Shown here: piece by piece, positions 1 to 11,000 of the stretch
Layout of the letters: each line of letters starts with the position of its first letter
Numbering within the stretch: the first letter of the stretch is position 1
DNA from: an uncultured Candidatus Izemoplasmatales bacterium
GTDB lineage: Bacteria; Bacillota_I; Bacilli_A; Izemoplasmatales; Izemoplasmataceae
DNA length: 64,000 nt
Assembly (NCBI GenBank): GCA_964501415.1
Contig: CAZCSL010000003.1
Span: forward strand, 61,278 to 125,277
Direction of reading: 5' to 3'
The notes under the pieces: generated by a model
Told to the model about the DNA's origin: nothing
The model's database searches: none
The model's input: only the letters and a program-made list of their open reading frames with translations
Translations under genes and position numbers: made by a program

Positions 1-623
1 AACTTCTTTTGGTCCTCTTTGGGATAAGGTTTATAAATAAACGGTTCATCTTCATCTTTATGTTTTAATACTTCTTTTACAAAAGGCACTAAATCCGTTT
101 TGATCGTATTGAAGAACGCATCATATTTTTCCATATTCATGCCTTCTTCAAAATCATCTAGTAATACGTTATAGGGTTGCTTTGTATCGCTGCGATAGGA
201 AACCATTTTCTTTTGAAAAGCAATAAGTTCCTTTAAATAAGGCTTGAACTTATCAAAATCATCTTTTTCTCTTGCCTCTTCCCAAACCTTTTGTGCCATG
301 GTTTGAAGTTTAGAGTATTCTATGTAGTCTTTCTTAGGAATTTTAATAATCTTATCTAAGTTTTTCTTTGCTTTTTCTATCTCTTTTTGCTGTGTATTTG
401 TCAGTTCTTCACGTACTTCCATTAAAGCATTCACTTCTTTGACATACTCATCGCTTGTCATGAGTGAAAAATGTTCGCCGCTAATGATAGAAAGCATTTC
501 TGAGCGGAACGGGAAACACTCTTTCGGTGCTTCTGTATTGGAATCCCACCCTGCTAAAGACAACACGTATCCATAGGCTTTTTGTTTTTTCTGCAAAGCC
601 TTAAAATTTTCAAAATCTGCCAT
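1..623 (-). CDS. Peptidase M32 (Taq-type) carboxypeptidase, N-terminal part; runs off the left edge
   Basis: Not in the ORF track (no stop in window). Own translation from ATG at 623 (RBS GAGGAGA upstream): MADFENFKALQKKQKAYGYVLSLAGWDSNTEAPKE...YNVLLDDFEEGM..., open to base 1. The LxGWDxxTxxP and LLDDxExGM blocks are typical of M32 N-termini. Confidence 0.7.
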   Translation of the reverse strand, partial: MADFENFKALQKKQKAYGYVLSLAGWDSNTEAPKECFPFRSEMLSIISGEHFSLMTSDEYVKEVNALMEVREELTNTQQKEIEKAKKNLDKIIKIPKKDYIEYSKLQTMAQKVWEEAREKDDFDKFKPYLKELIAFQKKMVSYRSDTKQPYNVLLDDFEEGMNMEKYDAFFNTIKTDLVPFVKEVLKHKDEDEPFIYKPYPKEDQKK

Positions 624-650
624 TATTTCATCTCCTCAATAATGAAGATA

Positions 651-670
651 CGCACAGTTTTCACTGTGCG
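651..670 (-). terminator. Hairpin after fhs (CGCACAGT-loop-ACTGTGCG)
   Basis: 8-bp GC-containing stem 13 nt after the fhs stop; the trailing U-tract is weak (tatcttcatt). Confidence 0.45.
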
Positions 671-682
671 AATCTATGTTGT

Positions 683-2353
683 TTAGAATAAGCCTTTAGC
701 GTTGCCCTCTTCATCAATGTCCATATCCATGGCTGCAGGTCGTTTAGGCAACCCTGGCATAGTCATCATTTCGCCTGTAAGCGCAACGATGAACCCCGCT
801 CCAATAGAAGGGGTGAGTTCACGAATAGTTAGCTCGAAATCTCTTGGTCTACCATAAAGTTTTGGATCATCACTAAGTGACATTTGTGTTTTTGCCATAC
901 AAACTTGTAAGTTGTCCCAACCTTCACGTTTGAATTTTCTTAACTGATTACGAGCTTTCTTAGAATAATTAATGGTTTTTGCACCATAAACTTTTTTAGC
1001 GATAACTTCAATCTTCTCTTCAATTGACTGTTCATTTTCATACAATCGTTTGAAAGGTTTGGTGTTGCTTTCGATTTGACTTAATACTTTGTTTGCTAAA
1101 TCTACAGCACCATCGCCGCCATCAGCCCATACTTTTGATAAAGCGTAAGGGTGGTTCATTTTCTCAAGCCAATCTGCTAAGGCTTTGTGTTCTGCATCTG
1201 TATCATGTACAAAATGATTTACCGCTACGACATAGGGTAAATTAAACTCTTGAATCGTCTCAATATGTTTTTGAAGGTTTTCTACACCTTTTTTAAGCGC
1301 TTCAACGTTTTCTTCTTTTAAAGCATCTTTCTTAACGCCCCCATGCATTTTAAGGGCACGGACTGTAGCAACTATGACCACAGCGCTAGGATCAAATCCA
1401 GCTTGTCTTGTTTTGATGTTTAAAAACTTTTCAGCACCTAAATCCGCACCAAATCCTGCTTCTGTAATGACATAGTCTGCAAGTTTTCTACCCATATTGG
1501 TAGCAATAATACTATTGCATCCGTGTGCAATGTTTGCAAAAGGACCGCCATGCACTAAAGCCGGTGTGTTTTCTAAAGTTTGAACTAAATTAGGCTTAAT
1601 GGCATCTCTTAGGATTAAAGTGATGGCTCCTTCAGCCCCCAAATCACCAACCGTAACTGGCTTACGATCATAGGTATTAGCAATCACTATACGCTTAATT
1701 CTGGTTTTTAAATCTTGAATATCACTAGCTAAACATAAGACCGCCATAATCTCTGAGGCTACGGTAATGTTAAAACCATCTTCTCGTGGGATAGAGTTAC
1801 CGATACCACCTAGACCAACCGTAACTTGTCTTAAAGAACGGTCATTCATATCTAATGCACGTTTCCAAGATATTCTTCTTGGATCAATATGCAAATCATT
1901 CCCTTGATGCAAATGGTTATCAATCATAGCGGAAATGGCGTTAGTTGCTGTGGTAATCGCATGGATATCGCCTGTAAAATGAAGATTGATATCTTCCATG
2001 GGGACTACTTGAGCATGTCCACCACCTGCTGCGCCTCCTTTAATGCCCATTACTGGTCCAAAGGAAGGTTCTCTCAAAGCTACGATTGCATCTTTACCAA
2101 CTTTGGAAAAAGCTTGTCCTAAACCAACTGTAGTGGTAGATTTCCCTTCTCCAGCAGGAGTCGGTGTTATGGCCGTTACTAAAATAACTTTACCATTCTT
2201 GTCCTTTAAGTCCTCTTGAGCTTCAAGGCGGATTTTTGCCTTGTAATTACCATAACGCTCAATATGTTCTTCTTTTAAATTCAATCTTTTAGCAATGTCA
2301 CCTACATCGAGCATTTTTGCCTTTTGAGCAATTTTTAAATCTTGATTTTCCAT
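683..2353 (-). CDS. fhs: Formate--tetrahydrofolate ligase
   Basis: [16 protein letters not shown]-loop and full-length family similarity. Start moved to [10 protein letters not shown] (ATG 2353, RBS GGAGG) because the track extension covers the promoter. Confidence 0.95.
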   Translation of the reverse strand: MENQDLKIAQKAKMLDVGDIAKRLNLKEEHIERYGNYKAKIRLEAQEDLKDKNGKVILVTAITPTPAGEGKSTTTVGLGQAFSKVGKDAIVALREPSFGPVMGIKGGAAGGGHAQVVPMEDINLHFTGDIHAITTATNAISAMIDNHLHQGNDLHIDPRRISWKRALDMNDRSLRQVTVGLGGIGNSIPREDGFNITVASEIMAVLCLASDIQDLKTRIKRIVIANTYDRKPVTVGDLGAEGAITLILRDAIKPNLVQTLENTPALVHGGPFANIAHGCNSIIATNMGRKLADYVITEAGFGADLGAEKFLNIKTRQAGFDPSAVVIVATVRALKMHGGVKKDALKEENVEALKKGVENLQKHIETIQEFNLPYVVAVNHFVHDTDAEHKALADWLEKMNHPYALSKVWADGGDGAVDLANKVLSQIESNTKPFKRLYENEQSIEEKIEVIAKKVYGAKTINYSKKARNQLRKFKREGWDNLQVCMAKTQMSLSDDPKLYGRPRDFELTIRELTPSIGAGFIVALTGEMMTMPGLPKRPAAMDMDIDEEGNAKGLF

Positions 2354-2390
2354 AAAAAAAGCCTCCATTCGTTTGTAATCATCCGGTATC

Positions 2391-2419
2391 ATTATCCCAT
2401 ATTTGTAGTATAAATTCAA
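2391..2419 (-). promoter_or_regulatory. fhs promoter TTGAAT-17 nt-GATAAT with upstream TG
   Basis: On the minus strand: ttgaat ttatactacaaatatgg gataat, about 35 nt upstream of the fhs ATG. Confidence 0.55.
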
Positions 2420-2729
2420 CGCTAAATTAAAACGCTTTCACAAATAGTATTTAATTTGTGTCTGATCCAAATCACAGACGCTTTAAAATCATTATTTAGT
2501 TGAATGATTAATGCCCCTTTTCACAAAATATATTATGTTTTTTCTCTTAATATAGACATTTCCCAGTTTTTATTTCAAACTGCTATTAACTTTATCTCAA
2601 GGCATCCAACGATATTACTAAATTATATAATCTTAATAAGGCGATTTTCTACGTTGTTGTCCTAACCATTTAGATTAAAGATGTGTTATTATATAAATCT
2701 AAAGCCCATGATAGAAACGAGGTTGTTTT

Positions 2730-2981
2730 ATGAAAGAATTAGAAGCAGTAAGAAAGAAAATCAATGAGCTTGATCAAGAGATTGTTCGGCTTTTACAAAA
2801 GCGATTTGATATGGTTTCAGATGTTGCAGCCATCAAAAAACAAATAGGTATGCCTATATTGGATCAAAATCGAGAAGCTTCAATTATGAAAAGTCTAGAT
2901 GGCTTAAAATATGAGCACGAACTTAAAGAAGTGTACAAATCAATCTTAATGGTTAGTAAAAATTTGCAACGAGATGAGTGA
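2730..2981 (+). CDS. Chorismate mutase (small AroQ-class, type II)
   Basis: 83 aa; LEAVRKKINELDQEIVRLLQKRFDMV... pattern of helical chorismate mutases; heads an aro gene cluster. Confidence 0.85.
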   Translation: MKELEAVRKKINELDQEIVRLLQKRFDMVSDVAAIKKQIGMPILDQNREASIMKSLDGLKYEHELKEVYKSILMVSKNLQRDE

Positions 2982-2986
2982 TTAAT

Positions 2987-4231
2987 ATGTATGGCTTGTT
3001 AGGGGAGAAGCTCTCTCACAGTTTTTCTGTAGATATACATCAAATTTTAAATCCATCCATAAGCTATAACCTCTATGAAACCCGTGATTTAGAAACATTT
3101 TTTAGTACTGCTGTATTTGAGGGTTTAAACGTCACCCATCCATATAAGGAAGCTGTAATTCCACTGTTAGACAAACTGGACGCTTCTAGTATAAAAACTA
3201 ATGCTGTTAATACGATAATAAAGACCGGGCATCATCTCATAGGTTATAATACCGATTATATGGCTTTAAAACACCTTTTCAGTACAACCTTAAAAAACGC
3301 GAAAAAAGCCTCCTTTGGAATACTGGGAAACGGCGCTACTATGAGGAGTATAAAGCATGCATTATATGATTTAAATCACGATAATATCACGGTTTATGCT
3401 CGCAATCCTCAACTAGGTGAAAAACCTTTAGAGTGCCTTGAAGATAAGCACGATTATCTAATAAATGCAACCCCTGTTGGGATGTATCCGCATAACGATC
3501 AAACCATCGCGGATAAAATTAAATCGTTTAAAAATATTACTATCGCAATGGACCTAATTTACAATCCCCTAAGATCTAATTTTTTACTCAACGCCAAGCA
3601 AATGGGTGCTAAAATTATTAATGGACTACCGCTGTTATTCTTACAAGCAGCTTATGCCCAAAAAATTTGGGAGCTTTGTGCTTTTCCTACTGATTGGCAA
3701 AAACGCACTGAGTTTCTAGAAAAGCAACTAGAAAATATTGTCTTAATAGGTATGCCCTTTAGTGGAAAATCTCATTACGGTTATCTACTTGAAAAAATGA
3801 TGCAAAAGAAATTCGTTGATATTGATCGACTCATAGAAGAAAAAGCCCATACGGATATCACAACAATCATAAAAACTTCTGGTGAAGAAACATTTAGAGC
3901 ATTGGAACATGAAACGACCATCAAAGCAGCTAAAAGACACCGCCAAATAATTGCGACAGGTGGTGGTATCATTCAAAACAAGATGGCCATGCAAATCCTA
4001 AAACAAAATGGTTTGATTGTTTGGCTTGATGTTAGTGACAACCTAGCCGAAAGCAAAAAACTTGATACCAGGCCCCTATTAGATAGCTTTAAAGACTGGC
4101 AAATTACCAAAAAGAGACGTTATCATAATTACAAGGCTTATGCGGATATTATTATTGAAAAAAATACTGAAGACGAAACCATTATTTTAAATCGTCTAAA
4201 GGAGGCACTTGATGGATATTTTGGTCATTAA
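2987..4231 (+). CDS. aroE/aroK: Bifunctional shikimate dehydrogenase (N) / shikimate kinase (C) fusion
   Basis: N-terminal part: YGLLGEKLSHSFS, GLNVTHPYK, GYNTDY, ILGNGA, NATPVGM, LIYNP. C-terminal part from about nt 3731: IVLIGMPFSGKS P-loop, FVDIDRLIE, ATGGG. Start ambiguous (GTG 2978 or ATG 2987). Confidence 0.85.
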   Translation: MYGLLGEKLSHSFSVDIHQILNPSISYNLYETRDLETFFSTAVFEGLNVTHPYKEAVIPLLDKLDASSIKTNAVNTIIKTGHHLIGYNTDYMALKHLFSTTLKNAKKASFGILGNGATMRSIKHALYDLNHDNITVYARNPQLGEKPLECLEDKHDYLINATPVGMYPHNDQTIADKIKSFKNITIAMDLIYNPLRSNFLLNAKQMGAKIINGLPLLFLQAAYAQKIWELCAFPTDWQKRTEFLEKQLENIVLIGMPFSGKSHYGYLLEKMMQKKFVDIDRLIEEKAHTDITTIIKTSGEETFRALEHETTIKAAKRHRQIIATGGGIIQNKMAMQILKQNGLIVWLDVSDNLAESKKLDTRPLLDSFKDWQITKKRRYHNYKAYADIIIEKNTEDETIILNRLKEALDGYFGH

Positions 4232-4646
4232 TGGCCCTAATCTAAATTTGCTGGGTACTAGACAACCAAAAATATATGGTTCTCTTAGCTATCAAGCATT
4301 ATGTGATGAACTTGAGGCTTTTGCTAAAAAGTTACAGATTAAACTAGAGATTAAGCAAACAAACTTTGAAGGCATTATTATTGATTTATTACATTACGCC
4401 CATAACAAGAATTTTCAGGGCGTGGTTTTGAATGCAGCGGCATACACACATACTTCTTATGCAATTTATGATGCGATTTTGGCTATCGATGTTCCGGTAG
4501 TTGAAGTCCATTTGACAGACCCCAAAACAAGAACCGAATCGTTTCGTCACACCTCAGTTATAGAAAATGCGTGTGTGAAAACGTTTAGTGGTGAAGGTTT
4601 GCAGTCATACATAAATGCAATTAATTTTTTGAAAGTTGGATACTGA
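4212..4646 (+). CDS. aroQ: 3-dehydroquinate dehydratase, type II
   Basis: [21 protein letters not shown] signature; RBS GGAGG 6 nt before ATG 4212. Confidence 0.9.
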   Translation: MDILVINGPNLNLLGTRQPKIYGSLSYQALCDELEAFAKKLQIKLEIKQTNFEGIIIDLLHYAHNKNFQGVVLNAAAYTHTSYAIYDAILAIDVPVVEVHLTDPKTRTESFRHTSVIENACVKTFSGEGLQSYINAINFLKVGY

Positions 4647-5635
4647 TGTTTTTAAAACTGTATGATGATGCGCAAAAAGAATCAATTGAGCTTTTATTAA
4701 CTGCTTTAAAGGCAGAAAATCTATCTTTTGAATTGATTGAAACGGCTGAGTATAAACTGATTCATCTACCTAAAATTAATCGTGATTATGATGTACAAAG
4801 GTTTATCAATGATGCTAGCGTAGAGAAAGTCATTCCCATTTTTTCTAACATGCCCCAACAAAAACCATTAAAAGCCAATGATCCCTCCAAGCGTTTCACC
4901 TCTAAGATCATGGATATTATGCCTTTGTATATTGCTGGTCCATGCAGCGTGGAGAGCGAAGCGCAAATGCATGCCATTGCTAAAATCATCAAAGCGAGTA
5001 AAGCTCAAGTTTTAAGAGGAGGCGCCTTTAAACCTAGAACATCTCCTTATAGTTTTCAAGGGCTCAAAGAAAGCGGCCTAAAAATTCTTGCCGATACAGC
5101 TAAACACCATAAACTTTTATCTATCAGTGAAATCGTCTCTGAAAACGATATCGATTTATTTATTAAACATGGCATCGACATCATACAAGTTGGTGCTAGA
5201 AATATGCAAAATTTTTCTTTGTTAAAAGCGTTAGGAAAAATAGATAAGCCTATATTATTAAAACGTGGCTTTGTCAATACCGTAGAGGAGTGGTTAATGA
5301 GTGCTGAATATCTTTTGCACCACGGAAATCCCAATGTCATCTTATGTGAAAGAGGCATTCGCACCTTTGAACCCTCTACAAGGACTACCCTTGATATTGG
5401 AGGCGCTTTAGTCGCTAAATCTAAAACCCATCTCCCTGTCATTTTCGACCCTTCACACGCAGCTGGTGATTTTCGACTAGTGGAAAACCTTTCCTTAGCC
5501 GGATTTGCTGCAGGATTAGATGGCTTTATGGTAGAAGTCCATCAAAATCCAATCAAAGCGTTGAGTGACGGGGCACAATCTTTAAAACCTGAGCGTTATT
5601 TAACTTTGATGAAAAAGATTAAAGAGCATTATTAA
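4646..5635 (+). CDS. 3-deoxy-7-phosphoheptulonate (DAHP) synthase, type I-beta, with extra N-terminal domain of about 90 aa
   Basis: [40 protein letters not shown] motifs. The start ATG overlaps the aroQ stop (TGATG). Confidence 0.9.
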   Translation: MFLKLYDDAQKESIELLLTALKAENLSFELIETAEYKLIHLPKINRDYDVQRFINDASVEKVIPIFSNMPQQKPLKANDPSKRFTSKIMDIMPLYIAGPCSVESEAQMHAIAKIIKASKAQVLRGGAFKPRTSPYSFQGLKESGLKILADTAKHHKLLSISEIVSENDIDLFIKHGIDIIQVGARNMQNFSLLKALGKIDKPILLKRGFVNTVEEWLMSAEYLLHHGNPNVILCERGIRTFEPSTRTTLDIGGALVAKSKTHLPVIFDPSHAAGDFRLVENLSLAGFAAGLDGFMVEVHQNPIKALSDGAQSLKPERYLTLMKKIKEHY

Positions 5636-5713
5636 AAGGATATTTTCTTTAGTTTAAAATATGTTATAATCTAGGGTGTGAATAGCTTTTTGTCCCAAAT
5701 TGGGGGAATCAAC

Positions 5714-6241
5714 ATGAAAAGAGACATCTATATATCCATAATTTTATCCATCGTAACGTTTGTTCTATTTCTTATTGGGCTTTATGGTACCCTCTTTAGA
5801 GAAGATGGTTTTTTTCTCGTTTTTGGACAAATAATAAGCATGTACCTACTGATTTTTCATCCCCTTATCTTTTTTCTATTAAGTCGTAGATTATTAAGAG
5901 AAGCTGATATTCGTTATGTCCCAGAAAATTTGATTTTCAATATCATCGTCTTGCCGCTTTTCCCCATTGCTTACGTTTTGATTCCAATCGGGGTTAATAT
6001 CATAGATAATTTTAGCGATCTATCCGCTTTAGAATTTGTTTTTATCATCTTTGAGTTTTCCGCTGTAGCTACAGGGTTTGCCTTTTTTGTTAGGTACGCC
6101 AGAAAAACGGTGCTCGATACAATTGTTCCAAGAGATTTATATGCAATTCACCACTATTACATCGGTAGTTTAGTATATTTTTATTTTGTCCGTCTCACGA
6201 TATTATCTAGCTTGTTACTTAGTGGTGCTAGCGGTATTTAG
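5714..6241 (+). CDS. Hypothetical polytopic membrane protein
   Basis: Strongly hydrophobic segments throughout; RBS GGGGG before ATG 5714; TGTTATAAT extended -10 near 5660; no family recognised. Confidence 0.6.
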   Translation: MKRDIYISIILSIVTFVLFLIGLYGTLFREDGFFLVFGQIISMYLLIFHPLIFFLLSRRLLREADIRYVPENLIFNIIVLPLFPIAYVLIPIGVNIIDNFSDLSALEFVFIIFEFSAVATGFAFFVRYARKTVLDTIVPRDLYAIHHYYIGSLVYFYFVRLTILSSLLLSGASGI

Positions 6242-6276
6242 TAACTATAAATCCATCCATTGAAGAGGGGGTTATT

Positions 6277-8010
6277 ATGCTTTTATTCGGGATTTTCTTA
6301 ATTCCATTTTTATTTTTTTTAATCGTCTCGTATGCCTTTAATAAATCTAAACTAGATACATCTCGTAGTGAACTAATACTTCTGTCTTTATCAGAAGGCC
6401 TTATAGCCTATTTGATAGCTGTATTGATCACATATGAGGGGTTTTTTAATGTTTTTTGGACTTATGCGCTTGTTTTACTGTTAATGATGGTGATTGCCGG
6501 TCTATTCTTATATTATCTAAAATCGATGGACAAAGAGTGGGATTTACAAATTGAAACCATCAAAAATACACTAGTCCTATACTTTATGACCTTCGTCCCT
6601 TTTATGGTTTCGTTAACCATTTTTAGATTCCAGCCTTTAGGATTACAAATTTTTTATGCTACCTTGTTAAGTTTGCTTATTTTTGTTTTGGGCTGGCTTA
6701 TCAAAGAGTGGATAAAAGATCGTTATAGCCTTATTTTTCATAAAATATCTAACGCACAAATATTCTTTTACGTTGGTGTTTGGGTCGTTATTGGAATTTT
6801 TATAGCGGCTTGGATTCTTTTGTCTTTTCCAAAAGCAACGCTTTCAAAGCCCCTCAATCTTAGCGATAATATCGGATATTTGATTTTTGACGGATTTGAT
6901 ACGACTATGCAAAATTCAATCCGTTCTGAAACCATATTCAAGTTGAATAGCGATAACTTACCCGTTTCTCATCACGATTTTGTCGATTATATTACAGATG
7001 ATGAATATCTTTATTTGTTAAGAAAAGACGGGAAATTATATGTTATCAGCTTAAATACCGGCCGGGTAAGGTATGACCGACAAATAACGAATGAAGAACG
7101 GTCCTTAAACCCCAAAACGGCGCAAGTATTTTTTGAAGTTAATGGGGAAATCTATTTGCTCCATGATCATTTGTATGAAATATCGCCTACCAGACACAAT
7201 CTTATCGATGATGATATTTCTAGGAATAATACACAGCTTATCTACAAAGAGGATGGACTACGGTTGTTACATAATGAAGCCGATAATATCTATACACTGC
7301 TAAGTATCGATAATAATTCTTTGACAACGGAAACCCAAATCGATCATTTAGCTGAGGATGAATCCCTAACCATTATTTCAAATCATATCTTTATCACCGA
7401 TGGAGTGCATTATACCCTCCTAAATGATGATTCAGTACGTTTTGATGTTGAAAGAGGTATTCCTCATTATTTTGCTGATGATAATAAAATGCTTTACGTT
7501 GAATCAAGTTATGATCCTTTGTCAATGATTCGGGGGACACAGTATAAAGTCATGGACATTGATGAAGACAGTCTAATTAAAGATTCCTTCCGCCAGTTTA
7601 ATAGACATGGATTGCTCATCGATGAGGATTTGTATCTTGTCCCTGAACTTAGTCGCCCATTGGGTAGAGTAGAGGTTGCTAATGCAGATTTAACGTTTAA
7701 AGGGATTCATCAACATCATGAAACTGAGCGTATTTGGTTTTTAAATACATTTAATAAGAGTTATGTTGTTACTTACCGAATAGATCATGATAAGGTAAAC
7801 TACTTACAAGTCGATCAAAGGGAAGGGGCCTCTGTACTATCCTTAAATACTTTAGAAGTTAAAGATTTAACCATGCCTTTACCCTTCTACAGCCACTATG
7901 GATTGGGTATTTTCGTCCCTATCATCATCGCGATTCTCACCCCTATATCTAACTACAGGAAATATATCACCGTGATTGATTTCAAGTCCGTTACAGAACG
8001 AAAAAAATAA
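6277..8010 (+). CDS. Hypothetical membrane protein: N-terminal multi-TM block, beta-rich repeat domain of about 340 aa, C-terminal TM anchor
   Basis: 577-aa ORF, RBS AGAGGGGG. Hydrophobic stretches in aa 1-185 and about 545-565. The central region has recurring (D/N)x(I/L)Y(L/V)h... strand-like motifs. Confidence 0.6.
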   Translation: MLLFGIFLIPFLFFLIVSYAFNKSKLDTSRSELILLSLSEGLIAYLIAVLITYEGFFNVFWTYALVLLLMMVIAGLFLYYLKSMDKEWDLQIETIKNTLVLYFMTFVPFMVSLTIFRFQPLGLQIFYATLLSLLIFVLGWLIKEWIKDRYSLIFHKISNAQIFFYVGVWVVIGIFIAAWILLSFPKATLSKPLNLSDNIGYLIFDGFDTTMQNSIRSETIFKLNSDNLPVSHHDFVDYITDDEYLYLLRKDGKLYVISLNTGRVRYDRQITNEERSLNPKTAQVFFEVNGEIYLLHDHLYEISPTRHNLIDDDISRNNTQLIYKEDGLRLLHNEADNIYTLLSIDNNSLTTETQIDHLAEDESLTIISNHIFITDGVHYTLLNDDSVRFDVERGIPHYFADDNKMLYVESSYDPLSMIRGTQYKVMDIDEDSLIKDSFRQFNRHGLLIDEDLYLVPELSRPLGRVEVANADLTFKGIHQHHETERIWFLNTFNKSYVVTYRIDHDKVNYLQVDQREGASVLSLNTLEVKDLTMPLPFYSHYGLGIFVPIIIAILTPISNYRKYITVIDFKSVTERKK

Positions 8011-8036
8011 AACAGTTATCCACTGTTTTATTTTTT
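8009..8036. terminator. Bidirectional hairpin between convergent genes
   Basis: AAAACAGT-tatcc-ACTGTTTT flanked by A-run and T-run; lies between the 6277 ORF stop and the mfd stop. Confidence 0.6.
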
Positions 8037-11000
8037 ATGTTAGCGTTTCTAGTAAAGGTACGATAAAATACAAAATTGGCTTTTTCACTTTGTGTTGTTC
8101 TATGGTAATTTGCAATCTATCTTCTTTGTATCTTAAATAGATATGTTCAGACAACTGATTTGTTTTCTCAAAAAGCATCTCTCCATGAATGTGTTTAGAT
8201 GCTTCCTTACTTAACACAAAGCTCGTGTTCGTTTTTGTGGTTCTCACCTTTTCGACTCCAACTCTAAAGGCCAGGTTTTCATAACATTTTTCTAACATGT
8301 AGGTCTCTATCTCTTTAGGAACTGGGCCAAACCGGTCCTTCAACTCATTTCTTAATTTTTTCAACATACCAATACTCTCAATTTGTGCTATCCTTTTATG
8401 CATATCGATGCGGATATCTTCATCGTCAATATACGTTTTTGGAATCGTTTTAGAGGTTGGCATTTTAATCGTTTGTTTTAATGTAGTTTCTTTTACTTTT
8501 TGTGTTATGGTCTGGGTGCCTTTATCAATTTCTTCTTTTAATATTTCCATGAATAAATCGATACCCACTGCATCAATGGTTCCTGATTGTTCGGTTCCGA
8601 GTAAGTCACCAGCGCCCCTAATCGCTAAGTCTCTAGAAGCAATTTTAAAGCCGCTTCCTAATTCTGTGAACTCCTTAATGGCTTGAAGACGTTTTGCGGC
8701 CTCATCAGTAAGTTGCTTGCTTTTATCATACATAAGATAACTATACGCAATTCGGTCGCTGCGCCCTACGCGCCCTCTAATTTGATAAAGTTGTGCTAAT
8801 CCTAAGCGATCTGAATCATGAATAATCAAGGTGTTGGCATTTGGTATATCCAAGCCGGTTTCAATAATTGTAGTACTGACTAAAACATCAAACTTATGAT
8901 CCAAAAAATCTCTCATGACATTTTCAAGTTGCATTCTGGACATTTTCCCATGACCATAGGCCACCTTAGCATCGGGAACGAGTCTATCGAGTTTTTCTTT
9001 TATTTTATGAATGTCTTCAACGCGATTATAAAGATAAAACACCTGTCCGTGTCTACCTAGTTCACGCTCGATGGCATCCGCGATTACGTGATCATTTTGA
9101 CGCAGTACATACGTCTGGATAGGAAATCTATTTTTAGGCGGTGTTTCGATTAAACTCATTTGTTTAACACCACTCATAGCCATTTGAAGCGTTCTTGGTA
9201 TGGGAGTAGCCGATAGCGATAATACATCTATCTGAAGTTTCATCTGCTTAATTTTCTCTTTATGTTCTACGCCAAAACGTTGTTCTTCATCAATAATTAA
9301 TAAGCCTAAATCATGATATTTGACATCCTTTGACAGCAAACGATGTGTGCCAATGATAATGTCAATTTTTCCCGCTTCAATCGCTTCTATAAACGCTTTT
9401 TGTCTTTGACGTTTTACAAAGCGGTTCAAAAGCGCAATTCGGATGCCATGTTTTTCCATTCGCTCTTTAAACGTATAATAATGTTGCCTAGTTAAAATCG
9501 TGGTTGGGGCCAAATAAACAACTTGTTTATTGTCAAGCACTGCTTTGAACGCAGCTCTCATAGCTACTTCGGTTTTCCCATACCCCACATCGCCACATAC
9601 TAAGCGATCCATGGGCATCGAGTTTTCCATGTCCTTTTTTACCGCTTCAATCGCTTGGCGTTGATCTTTGGTTTCTTCATAGGGAAAATCCGCTTCGAAA
9701 TCTAAGTATAAATCGTTATCTTGTGAAAAGGCAAAGCCTTGCGATTTTTCTCTAGCGGCATAAAGTTTTATTAAGCTACTTGCAATATCTTTAGCTTTTT
9801 TGCGTACGCGTCTTTTCGTTTTGGCCCAATCAGGGCTTCCAATCTTATTGAGTCTTGGTTTAATGCCTTCGTGTGCACTGTATTTTTGAATTAAATGAAT
9901 GTTCTCTACAGGGATATATAATTTATCATCGCCTTTATAAGCGATTACAACATAATCATTGGTGTAGTCATTAATGGTTTTGGTCTCTATGCCTAAGAAG
10001 CGGCCAATACCATAATCATAATGTACGATATAGTCCCCTTTTTTTAACGTATCAAGACTCTTTATCGCTTCGCTTTCCTTAAAAATCTTAGGTTGTTTGC
10101 GTTTGGGTTTCTTATCCGTGGCGCCGAATATTTTTTCTGTGTTAAGTAGTACAAACTCAGCATCAAACCACTCTAAAGTGAGGGGGTTTGAACTTTTTTG
10201 TATATTGATTGCTTTGTCAAATGGCTTATCCTGTGGACCTAACAATTTAACCTTAAGATGTTCTTCTAAAAGATTCATCAACCGTTGGATTTGATCGTCT
10301 GATTCTAAAGTGATTAATACCGTCACATAATCTTGATATTTTTTTAAGTCCTTAATAAGCATGTGCATGTTACTCTCATAGGTCATGGCTTCTTTAGCAC
10401 GAAGCGGCAGACTAAAGGGCATTTTTTCTTTCGACTTAAACGTATTAAAAAGGATTTTTTTATAAAAATAGAGTTTGTCCATATCCGCGAGAAAATCAAA
10501 CCCCATGTTGGGATAATCATCGTTCTCGCTCATCCAATCACTTAAATCTTGCCATAGTTGCTGATTAGATGAATGAATCTTTTCACTTTCAATAAAAACG
10601 ACCAAAGGATCATTTAAGTAGTCGCTCAACGTCTCTAAAGATTGACTACTAAAAGACATATATCGAGCTAACTGATCTTGGTTTTGATATTGTTTTAACT
10701 GATCTAACTCCGCAAGAACTCGCTTTGAAGACGTGTTGCTTATATTTTCTTTTTGTAGGGTCTCATGAGCATTATTTGCTATAGTATCTGCCGTTTTTTG
10801 ATCATAGAAAAATTCTGTTCTTGGAAATAGATGAAACGATTTAATCTTTTTTCTTGACCGCTGTGTTTTGATATCAAAATATCGAACGGAATCAATTTCT
10901 GTATCAAATAAATCGATGCGGATTGGTTGAGCATCGTTTATTAAAAATATATCAATGATAGACCCACGAATAGCAAAATCGCCAATCTTCTCCACCGTGG

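Noticed and set aside
2354-2419. The ORF-track N-terminal extension of fhs
   Set aside because: It covers the TTGAAT-17-GATAAT promoter and the GGAGG RBS. Fhs proteins start near the ...IAQ.AKM... block.
2420-2729. Possible riboswitch or T-box in the 310-bp divergent region (ZTP/THF-type for fhs, T-box for the aro cluster)
   Set aside because: The fhs promoter sits only about 35 nt from its ATG, leaving no room for an aptamer. There is no GGGTGG..ACC T-box sequence, no conserved aptamer core and no terminator hairpin on the plus strand.
5056-5442. 128-aa antisense ORF inside the DAHP synthase gene. Similar shadow ORFs are at 1889-2122, 3781-3994, 12577-12882, 22944-23286, 27925-28251, 37222-37587, 41246-41485, 46128-46421 and others.
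   Set aside because: All lie opposite or out of frame within confidently identified conserved genes. They lack RBSs, have odd composition (Cys/Phe/Ser/Ile-rich) and are expected by chance in AT-rich DNA.
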